From NCBI GenBank assembly GCA_977016875.1, contig CDRNST010000010.1:186001-250000 (forward strand): a stretch of DNA of 64,000 nucleotides, in the 5' to 3' direction. The position numbers and the translations under genes were made by a program. This DNA is from Pavona decussata (lineage: Eukaryota). The notes beneath the pieces were generated by a model. That model was not told the DNA's origin. It saw only the letters and a list, made by a program, of their open reading frames with translations, and did no database searches. Below, piece by piece: positions 50,501-62,500 of this stretch. Each line of letters starts with the position of its first letter. The stretch's first letter is position 1.

Positions 50501-53500
50501 TCAAGCAATCATTAGGGCCAATAAGAAATCGATTTTGAAAATTTTGTTGTTGAGTACTCCTGGATAGTGTTTTATTGTGTGGGAATTCACAGTCTGGATA
50601 GGGTTTGCTAATCACCTCCCACCATTTTTGTTTGCTTGTGTTTCTTCGTTTTTGCTTGTTTTTTTGTCCACCATTACCAACCTTCACAGCAGTTTATAAT
50701 TGTTAATTATACTTCACTTCATTATGGTTGTAAGTTAGTCTACTGCAAAAGCGCATTTATCTATTAAGTCCCCCCAAAAAGTAATTGATCGATTTTAATT
50801 CCTTCTCTCAGAATTGAATGTAAACACAAACCTTGCTGGTCGAGACTCAGTCTCACAAGATTCCATGCATTGTTAAAGCTCGCAATCAGAGAAGCGATTT
50901 CATCTCTTGCTGCTTCTGTGAAGAAAGACGTGAAAGGTATTGTAATATGATATGTAAAAACACTACAGTCAAACCCGGACTGAGAGGAAACCTTTAGGGC
51001 AAAGCCTACGTCGGCTGTAACTGTGTGCGCTCAAGTAGTTGGCACCTTTTCGATTCAAGACCTAAACCTGCTGTAAACAGCGGAAGGGCTAGCAAGAACG
51101 ACGTGGCATTGAAATAAATTATCTCCCGGTGAGGTGCATTTCGGGCATAATGGAAAAAACAACATCAATATTTCAAATAGAACAAAACAATTCAAGAATC
51201 CCAGCAAGCGTGGCCGGTTGTGGATTGTGGACTCGGGGCTACCGAGAAACGACTCCAGGTAGCGGCCAGAGCAGGGCTTGAACCCAACCGCTCGGCCATG
51301 CTGCTCCAATCAAATAGGGCAGATGGTTGATAAAGTTTCCGTTAAACACAAATTTAATACAAATGGATTCCGTCTGGGCTGAATGGAAAAGGAGCACCTG
51401 TGTCAGTCGCCTCTCGCATGGAATTGGAAGCTTAGAAACCTTGCTTATTGTGCAGGGAGGAAACCCTTTGTGCAAGGCAGAGAAGAACCATCAGAATCTT
51501 CATGATGCCGAGTGGGAGACTTGAGCGCAGGTCAGGTGGGCAAGAAGTGCTGCCACCACTGTGTCTCCCAGCTGCGACTAATATAAAATGTCATGTGAAG
51601 TGCAATACGTTTAATTCTACGATATGATTGGCCACTTACTGGAAGGCATTTTCCTCAGAAAATCTCTTATCTTGATGTTCTCCGCTTCCGTTCTGTCGAT
51701 TCTTCGGTGGAATTTGTCCATGAGAAGGCGTTGCAGCTTAACGATATCCGGGAGAAAACGGAGGGCACGAAGTTTGTGTTCCTGTAACAGGACAAGGCAG
51801 AAATAGAAATGTTAATATGAAAGAGGCTGCTATATGCTCTCCTTTATTGAGTTTTTTTTATTCAAGACCACGTGAATTGCATTTTTCCTTAACCCTTCAT
51901 TAAATATGGCCTTATCTAAGAATTGAAAAGTCGAATCAATTGATGAAGGTTTCACACTCCTTTTTGCAAGTAGGTTTCCGCTAGAGTAATTCAAACGCAG
52001 GACAAATCGAAGTCTCTAACTGTGTGGTAAATAAAACTTAGAGTATTTATCCACTGGCCAGTACAACCTGAGGTCAGATAGAACCAAGTATCCAATACCA
52101 ATCAGGACTGAAAGATTCAAGAACTTTGTAACCATGAAGTACCAGACTATAATCTAGATTTCTCGATTATGATTGTTAACATTATTAATCCCTGAATTGT
52201 AATCGGTCAGGAATTCAGTCATGGACTGCAAATGAGTAGAATAAACTATATTACTATTACTACTATCTATTCTGGAAGAGGAATACAAGGAATAGACGTT
52301 ATCCGTGTTCCTTTGGGGCCTATTCTGTTTTCGGAATAAACAGAGTAGTCTTCTGGTCATTCTATGCCTGAAATTAATAAAAGGAATGGCAGCATTCCTT
52401 CGGGAAGGTTGCCAGGTGAATGGGAATAGGCCGAATTGCTCCGTTTTGGGAACCCGTATTGTCTATTCAGTTCTTCCCGAACCGGAATAAGAATAGCTAG
52501 AATTGCCCCCAAAAGAATGCTCACTTAGTCTGTTGGTCAAGTCAGCTTATTGCCATCTAAGGAATTTTTTTCTGTTACTTTGTAACTAAATTAATAATCA
52601 GAATAAACGTTAACTGTTTCCTCGGCTGATTGAAACCTCTGAGATGGATAACATTTACAACGTGCCAGCGCGTAAAATAATGGATTATCAAGCATTTTGA
52701 AGAATATTCAATAGTTGACCTAATACCCGTGTGAGTTTGTTTACCTGTTGTAAGAACTCAGCTAGCACTTTGTTCCTCTCAGGATCAGTAGACAGCACCT
52801 CTTGCTGAAACGTGTGTGAGAAGTGATCCAAAGTGACTTGAGTCCGATACCTCCATAGGGCGGGGCAGGTAGGTAAGATGCCTTCAGTCAGGGTATCAGG
52901 AGGAACATCTACCTCGTACAGCTGGCGCATCAGGGGGTTATTACCTACAGAAATAATAATATTATAATACAGTCGAACCTCCACTAACGGCCACCTCTCC
53001 ACAGCGGCCACCTCTCTACAACGGCCACTTTTTTTGTCCCGGCGGACAGTCCATACATTACCTCTTGTTTAAACCTCTCTACAACGGCCACCTCAACGGC
53101 ACTAAAGTGCGTCCCCAACTGCCAAAATAACCTCTCGACAACGGCCAGTATACAGTTCCTTTTTGTAGAAACATTTTTTTTTTTATAAACTGATGCAGTA
53201 ATCAACATTTGTCTTCGGAACATTACGTTTCTGTATTCATTCTAATGATACACTTATTTTGATTGTGTGCCATTTATATGCTGCGGAAAGCATAAATTGT
53301 CTCCAATAATATAGCGAATGTTGCGAACCTTGCTCGTTTCGTCTTGTTAACATTTTGATTCAAAACACTATTTACGTTTTATCGTGTATTTTATCCATAT
53401 ATATATTATTTAAGATTAGATTGTCATTATAGGCTACAGTAGGCATGAACTTGGCACAATAAACATGTTGTACTTCCCGAAAAAAAAAGGTGTCATATTA

Positions 53501-56500
53501 CACCCCTACCTTCCCATAACGGCCACCTCTCCACGACGGCCACTTTTTTCTGTCCCCAAGGTGGCCGTTGTGAAGAGGTTCAACTGTATTATTAAAATAT
53601 AATATAAGGTTTTGCCTTCAGTTTGTCACCTTTTTGCATAGAGAATCAAGGCTTGACTAGCATAATTGGTTCCACAGAACCATTAAGGGACCCTAAGAAA
53701 ATGCTTTGAGTAGTGATGAGATGGACTCGCAGACCTTTAAGGGGAAGTAGCACTTCTCCTATTTGCTTCTTGGTCTAGAAAGCGGAGTTAAACTGCGACT
53801 TTATCTGTCTGGTCATGAATGTAACAAGGAAATTTAGCTTACCCAGTCGATTGTCACCGACCAACAGCCCCAAACAACGCTGAATCTTTTCTTCGAGGTT
53901 CTTAAAAAAATGACCATTAAACATTTTAAAACACATAAATATAATAAACAACTGAAACCAAATATAACAAACCAAAAGAGAGGTGGAAATGGACATACCG
54001 TTAACACTGGGGTGACCACACTGGTGTTGAACATTGCTTCCCATTCTCTTCGGGAGTCCTTGGACATCAGATTAGGGGCGACATCTATGGCTTGTTGTGC
54101 TAACACAATAAAAGCGGATAAAAAGCGTACAGTCAAATTAAACATTGGGGTGTGACTTCTTCAAAAGGCGCAAAGCTTTTGGGTATATATTTTTTTACTA
54201 TGGGAAAGAGGAGGTTGCAAGGCACGTGTTCCTGTTCACCCTTTCACGTCCTGCGGGTCTTACAATGTCCCCTGTACTTTTCAACAAATGGCGGAAGTTC
54301 TTCTTTGGCAAAAGCTAAACGACACTAATTGTAGTTATTTTAAATACTTTCACGTTAAAGTACCAAAGCCCTTACTTAAAATTTAACCCAGAAGAGCATT
54401 AACGAGGGCAGAGCCCGACCAACTAAGCAAATGTTGTGGATACAAAACAAGTCATTATATTGCTAAAGCAATGTTGCCCTTTTTGACCGTTATGCGTCTC
54501 CACTTACGGTTAGAGACATGGGCAGTAATTTGTACAAGGACCATGTGGACGCATAGAACTGTATCGTCTACACTTCTCCCCAGGCTGTTAGCAAGAAGTT
54601 CTACATCCATTTGGAGGTGGTCCCACAAAAAGCGTGCCAACGCTACAGGAGGAACTGTGGGATGGATAAGGGCGCCCACGTCCTGAGAAAAAGACAATTA
54701 AATAACAAGCAACGACATCAGAATCAGGAAAGTTAAATCATATAGTCAATATTTACTCAGTCTACACAAGTGGGATTGTGAGGACGTATAATGAAGAAAT
54801 GCTTCAATGATGGTCTAACATTGTGAAATTGTAAGTGTGGTTTGACATATGACTGTTTCTAAGCAGACCTGTGGATGGCGGCAGGCTCCCTCAATCATGG
54901 CACAATGCATAAGGATCCTTGTAATACCAACAACTACAGGGGATAGGTTTCGCTCTGGAGCAAGAACTTTAGGCCTTGCACTGGGATGCCCAAGCACGTG
55001 ACCTGTCATTGTGCGGTCAGCTCTGCAAACACAAGATAAGACTGTAAGGAAGATGCCTTTTACTATGTTGAGACGTGGTGTGGGGGCGTATCCAAGGCCA
55101 GACGTGATTTGAAGAATGGCTGAAATCATTTATGTCAACGATATACTAACTGGTAAGCAAACATCGGTTACAGGTTAATAGTGGGATTATGCGCAGCTTG
55201 GTTAAGTTGTTAAGTTGTGTAGGCACTGTGTTGCTGGCAACTGATTGTGTATGGAAAACAAATGAAATTTTTTAATAGTTCACGTACACAATGGAATCGC
55301 ATCGGAAATGGGGTCGTGGACAGCCAATCAATCTGTTCGTTGGTTCAAGCATTGAAAGAGGTAAACAAAAAACACCAGCTACGGGGTTACATCGGAAAAC
55401 GAGCACTAAATAACATAATAGTGTTCATTTTACATTGACATATTAAACAATAAAAAAGTACAGAGTATGTTTGTCAGGTGGATAACAGTACCTTTAATCT
55501 GAAGATAAAGAAGCAGTCTCTGGTTAAGATAGAATTGGAAAGTAAATAAGCGAACTTCGGGTTCTACTGGCGTTTCCTACTTTGCTGTAACCCCAAACTA
55601 CTTTGTGACCCCTAACAGACAGTCCAGAAGATACAGCAGTGTCCTACCTCTGAGCCGTGGTATTTCCTCGGGAGAGATTGTACCCAGTGCCACCAATATT
55701 GACTTTGCACTCAGGGCAAACCTTCACTTCCACGGGACGACCACACTGCAAAAAAGTAACATTGTACTTGAAAGACACTAGTAATTAGGCGGTAGCAATT
55801 GAGCATAGTTTTCAAACAAAGTATCACTTGGACGAGTATTTTGTGTCCCTTCAGCCACGGAAACCATGCAAAACGCTAAGGATAACTCTGAGATTGAAAT
55901 GCATTCTATGCAAGGGAAACTAGCACTGCTCAGGCGTGTGGGCCTTTGGACAGAATGTTACTTTACCTTTCCTTAAGGACGATTAGTACGATTGAACAGC
56001 TTTAGTTTAAAGTGGCTATATTGGTTAAGAATACTTACATCTCCGATGTAATAGGGATGTCCTTTTGGGCACTCTACAAACAAGACAAGAAAGAACACAA
56101 CAGAACGTGTCAAGAATTTACACCATAATAATTTACTTAAGGTGTAGTTATTTTCTGCATATGAATGTAGCAGTCGCATTTGCCTGTGGGAAAAGTCTAT
56201 TGTTTATTTATTTTTGCACGGACAAATGAGAGTACTAGACATGTACGCTACAAAAAAATCCACCATAATGACAAATTTTCACGTAAAACAGATTACACTG
56301 AAATAGATCCAGTTTGTATGCCGAGCCCCCTAAAATTGGCAAAAATTACAATAAATCAGCCAGGTAACCACACAAAAAAAGTAGTACACTTTATGGTGAG
56401 AGAACACTGGACTAACACGAACTGAAGGAGAATTTCTTCTAAGTGAGTACATAGAGCAGTTTCCAATTAATTGTGTGTCGAAAGTAATTTGCGTTTGCTT

Positions 56501-59500
56501 TGGTTTTGCTTTACTTTTGCTCAGAGATTGCTTAGCAAATTCTGTGCCAAAACATGCCGTTTAATAAACAGGTATGTAGACAACCTGACGTTTGCTAGAC
56601 CACATAGTTATCCTGTTTGTAAATTCCTCACAGCACAATATACCATTTCCGATATATTAAAATTCTAGCTTGGCTACAAGGCAAAAGAAATTAATTATTC
56701 ATCTATGAACCTCAATAAAATTTCTGTTGTTTTAATACCCCAAGCCTCGTACCAAAGCTAGAATTTTAATTTGTCGGAAATGGCCTATATAGTAAACTGT
56801 AATACTTACGATACCAGCTTCCAGTCTCTCGCATCCCTGCCATTACCTCTTGAAGATTGTCATCAGGCATTGTGGGTAAATAGGCATTCTATGACACAAA
56901 CAACAGGAGCCTCATGAAATAAGCGCATGCTAAATGCGAGAACTGTTTTGAATCGAATTATTTCGAAACTGGGCAAATGTGGACTTCTATTATGTGACAT
57001 ACTGCTCCACGTTGTATCCTTGCCACTCGCAAAAACTGTTTTTAATTCTTCCATTTTTTGGACAACTTCCTGATGGCTTCAGTCTCAAACTATCGAAAGT
57101 AAGAAATGTGGGAGGATAACTTTTGAGTTTTCGTACAAAGTGAACATGGGACTCGACAAGTCATACTCCGCCACAATTCTTGCAATTTGTTCGGAGATTG
57201 GATAACGAGACCATCAGAGGAAAAAACACAAAGGAAAAAAAAAGTAGAAACTATGAAAGTTGCAACGGTACGAAGCGACCACTAAAATAAAATCGTGCGA
57301 AAATCTATCCAATTAATTGCATCCACATAATTCAGATAGTGTAATAGTTACCGAATAATCCTAAACGTCCTTATAAGAGATTTTGGGGTGACAAAAGAGA
57401 AGTTAAGCACAGACATTCGTGAGTTATGTATGGTAACCGGAAGTCAAATTTTCCCCTTGTTGCCTTGGTTTTGCTTGCAGCCAAAACAAAGCCAAGTACT
57501 GGATAAATTTTGTTCTGGTGTTAGTGGCTTGTCATTACAAGATGGCGTTAGAAAGCATCCAGAAAAGAAAGCATTCAATTTCGGTTTGCCGTCCGCGGCC
57601 CACGAACGTGTGTTTCTAAGTTCTGGAAAAGAATTAGGAAGATAAACTGCACCATTAGAGTCGCAGGGCTTTCCATCAGAAGTCGCAGTGGCTCACACAC
57701 AGTCAGATGGTTAATGCACTGAAGTACTGTTGTAGCATGGATGACAAGTTCTGCCAGGTTCTGCTCCATTGCTGAGCGACGGGGTACAACTCTGGTGCTG
57801 GGAGAGACAGCTGTACCCTGAGCGTTGTTCAGAAGTTGAAAGGCAAAAGGTCGGGTCTGAAAGCGCAAATAAAACCAACTTGAAAAAGCACAGATAATAA
57901 CCTAAAAGGTAAGAAGAGATCAAACCCGGACCAGTGGTACTGAACTCCAATTTTCTTTACATTAAGCTACCAAGAACATTGTTGGTTTCCCTTGGATGAA
58001 TGCTTGTCCATCTCACAGCTGCCCCGAGGCATTTTGTTTTAAGATTCCCTAAAAGTTTATTGGTACCTATTTTTTAAAAAAAGGTTCTGGTATAGGCATA
58101 CTTGACGAGTAACAGTTCCTCTGTAAAGACCAACAAGACTACGGCAACAAAAACTCGATCCGTCGACCTTATAAGACCAACACGGCCACAATATGGAAGT
58201 AGTCAAGTAAAGCTTTCTGTGCAAAAATGACAAAATATTAATTGCTCACTCACCCTGTCAGACAGATGGGCATCTTCTTGCAAAAATGTTTTAAAACACT
58301 GGTGAGCCTGACGAGCAAATCAGAAAGAGATACAAGAACAGTTATTTCAGGACTAGCCTTCCGTTTCTCCGAAATGCAGCCACGACAATAATTTCTATGA
58401 CATCCCACAAGTAGCTGTTTTTACATTACAAGGTAGCGACATTGTTCCCACGATAGTATGCATGGTTGTTTCTGCTTGGATTATTCTTGTGAAAGATAAA
58501 TGCAAGTCATGACAAGGTTTAATAACACTGGACATTCTATCCTCAGTTAGAACTCGACTTGCATTTTTGCATTCCATACATAAGAAGAAAAGCAAGGCAA
58601 CCGACAGGAGATTTATAAATCTCCACCACAGGGATTCTCGGCAAAACATTTCTAGATACTCGTTTTCTCATAGCCACACAAACACAAAACACTCTTCGTA
58701 CACTCACTTTTGTGGAGAGCTGACGCTGGGTGGAAGCGAAGCCGTAACACGTGGTCACTTCACGGTATTCAGACAACAGCATCATGACCTCTCTGACGAC
58801 TGGTGGCACAGCAGCGGCCTAAAGTGATATGTAAGCATGGTCAAATTCTATGGATCCTGGCATGCTAGTATTTGTGGCTGGTACAAGACGTCGATTGTGA
58901 AGCATGGTTTTTTACAGCCAATCGAATTTTGTGTGCAAATCCGCATTGCTTCAAGCATAATTTGTCGGCTATTGACATCCGGTCAATCTCCAGCAGCTCA
59001 AGGCTACAAATCCTGGGTTTGCCAAGAACAATTTCAATGGTTGAAACGACGCATAATTCATTGGTCATCATCGTCATCATTCTAACAACACTTTTTCAAA
59101 CATATCATGGAAAATGAAGAAACTCTTGGGATTTCAACATGCAAATACCATTGACGAGCGACTGAATACAAAAGCTGCAGGGTCTGAGATAACTACTTTT
59201 ACTTAAGACCTGCAGAGACGAGTTCGGTCATGAGGCTTACATTTCCCCTTATATCTTTCTCTTTGATCCATGAAATTGCTCGCTTACTCCAGTTAAACTC
59301 TAGATATTGTGTTATACACTATCTCAACTTGTCGTACCTGTAGCGTTTCAGTCAACTCCCTATGTGTCCCGCTCAGGACTGCTTTGGCGGTGGCTTCTCG
59401 GATCTTTTTGTAGTCTTCTCCATAAATAATGAATCTATCAGGAACAAGATCCTCTTGCTGTAAGAGAAAAAGATTATTTCTAACCAATTTATTTAATAAT

Positions 59501-62500
59501 GTTTACTGAAACTTAGTCGTCAAGTAAAAGAACTAGACGACTTCAAAATCAAGACTTTGAGAATTAGAACTACTTTAGTGTTACACCAACGAAGTCAGCT
59601 GGTAAAAACTTTTCTCAGCGGCTAATGTTATTAAAATATGAGCGTGTAAGTGATTCATGATCTTTATTTCATATGCAAATTACACGGTAAACCTTATGAA
59701 TCTAATTACAAATAATAATTCACCTGCTGTACTCTGCTCTCAGGTGGTACAATCCAGTCAAGGTCTTTCCTACCACACAACACATTGATAACCTCCACAC
59801 CAAACCTCCTTGCCAACTGCTTGAGGAGGTACAGTCGGGGAGCTGGATTAAAACTTTTGTCACACATTCCTCTCATTGCTTCAAAAAGGATTTGCAACTC
59901 GTTTTCAATTTGCCGATCATTCCAAGGACTTGTGTCTTCCACCGCACTTTTGTACATAAACTGGGCCGTCAGTGCTAAGATATAACGCGCTTTGGCAACG
60001 CCTTCCAACACCATGACATCAAGTTCTCGTGTGGGTTGAATTAAACTTGGTATCAGCAATGGTGTACATTCATCGCAAAGTTGCTGGGCTAGTTTTATCA
60101 TCACCACCAAATTCTCGGAGGCTTTAGCATACAGGCTGATAAGAGAGTCCTGGAAGAAAGTAACAACAAATTATCAAGATAAAACTGCAATGAGTTTGTA
60201 GAAAAAAAAACTTTTCTATCTTCCCACTGAGTACTGAACAAACAATCTCACCTCCCAACAGTGAACAAATAGTTGACAGACTTGTAACAGATGACCAATG
60301 TCTGGTCTTAGTCCTTGAGCCTCCGACAAGTATCGTGACAAGTGCTCTTTGACTTCTTTATCACTAAACGGAAATGCAGACATGTAAAACGTTTATTACC
60401 TCTTTTACAAAAGGGGACAGGAAAATAACGCAATAAAATGACGCAATAAAATTATCGTCATCAAAACAACTGACATTGAAAAAAAACTGCACATTGCAAT
60501 AAATATGGCGTCACGGTAACCACGTCAACTAGCGCTAATTTCACCACAGGTGTGCGGATTAAAGTTCTAGTAATGTAAAAAAGTATAACATAAGGCGTGA
60601 AATCTATCTTAAATGTGGAACTATGAAAGGGTCGTTCGTACGTTCTGAAGGCTGGTAGTATAGTGTGAGCCAACCGTGTTAGTCTTAGTAACAGACAAAA
60701 CGTCTTTTTACGAAAGAAACTTTGCTTCACTCCTTCACATCGGGAATCAAGGGCCTCCAGCTTTCAAGAATTTGTTTCCCATGGGAACTGTTTAGTTTGC
60801 CTTGCGAGATTCTGCTGCAGGCTGGGAGGGGAGGGGGCCTACGGGGTTGAGACCACAACGCTCTTAGCATGTGTGGGGAATGGAGAAAGAAACGGCTTTT
60901 CTTGACATGAACAAGCATCCTTCTGAAGCAGAAGAAATTTTAGTAGTTGCTACATGTTAAGAAATTCGGATGAGTGACCAGACTCCCTAATGTACAGGAT
61001 GGAAGCACATGACAACACCCTTCCCACTTTTTATTCAAATGTGTGAGCCCCGTGGCACCTTTGAAATGTGATTTGGAGAGCTCTGTGAGCAGTATTACCT
61101 TTGCAGTTAACCCAGATTACTAACACTGGAAAGGATATTTGAGTCGCACGGCACAGAACAAAGAAAACCTTTGACCTAGGTAGGATTTGAACTCACAACC
61201 TCCAGATGACATAACAGATCACCTCCCACTGCACTCATAGCTCAGTTGATAAGAATAACGGTTAACTCAATTTGAAAGCACAAACATATCCCCATGGCCA
61301 TGACTAAGGTTGCGTTCGATTGACTGTATTCCGGAATAAGAATAAGAGGAATAGCCGTAAGATTTCTCTTACTTTAGTAACTCCAAAAACCTCTCAGAGG
61401 GATTTCTTGTCATCATTGTACGTATTCCTATTCCGGAATAAGATCAATCGAACGCACCCTTAAACTTTTACCAGAACGCCACCTAGCTCAGTTGGTTGGA
61501 GCGATGATGATGTGATCAGGAGGTCGTGAGCTCAAATCCCGCAATCTCAAGATCTTTATTCTCGGGACCCTTATGTCATTCCGGGGGAGTTTCAACGACA
61601 CTACTGCTCACTCTAGAACTCTTACATGTACTTTAGCATGACTTTTGTCACCTTTAAAACATACCCTGTTCTCAACAGTTGCTGTAACAGAAATGACCTC
61701 ACTACAGGAGTTGCATCAATACCATGTTCAGGGAAGGGAGAGAAGGCTTTAGTCTTGGAACTACCCTGTAACACATAACTCATAAACATGGAGAACAGTT
61801 CTGAGTCAATCACACCAGCCTCAGCACCAAAACAGAATAAGGAAACAAGCTCCATGAAGAATGAGTTACATCGGCGGCGGAAGTCATAGTGTTCACGTAC
61901 AGCTCTCCTACAAAACAAAAAAATAAAGCTAGAAGATAGAAATGGTATTTTTATTGAACATGCTTTCCACGCCTAATTCTGTTTCCTTGTGACATTCTGG
62001 CATTTATTTGTCTGATGCTATATTTTGACACAGACTGACAACAACTTCAGAGTATCCAATAATTGAATGCCACATGGTTTTAGATTTAATATTGATTGAT
62101 GCATTAAAAAATACTTGGATAGCGTCTTTCCTCGAACGTACTCTCGGGATCCAGTGCCCTTCCTTGATAGGTGCCCCCTTTGTGTCATGAAAACTGAGAT
62201 AAGCAAGAACCCCTCCCCCGTAAAAAGATAATAAATGGTGCAAGATGCCAGGGAATTCATTCTCCGTTAATTACCACGCCAGTTTGTTGATGACATGGAA
62301 TTTAAAACAAAGGAAATGCGCTGTTATACCTTATAGATTTGGTGGACACTATCCTGAAATCCTCAGGAACGTCTTGTTTGCACAATGGACAACTACGTTC
62401 CTGTGCAATCCACTCGGAAATGCAGGGAAGGCATATCACGTGACCGCATGGTATTTTCACAGGATCCTTCCCAGCTAAACCTTCCAGGCACACGGGACAT

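Noticed and set aside
7321-59985. Numerous plus-strand ORFs in the track (e.g. 7321-7659, 25257-25622, 31273-31662, 59785-59985)
   Set aside because: They are antisense shadows of RNF213 exons or repeats, with no independent homology or splice structure.
60727-60918. 63-aa minus-strand ORF inside RNF213-B
   Set aside because: Not needed for the frame, no RNF213 similarity, weak splice sites.
61175-61545. tRNA genes (A/B-box-like TAGCTCAGTTGG..TCAAATCCC; similar at 31090-31120 and 51240-51310)
   Set aside because: No complete cloverleaf or anticodon arm; better explained as decayed tRNA-derived SINE heads.
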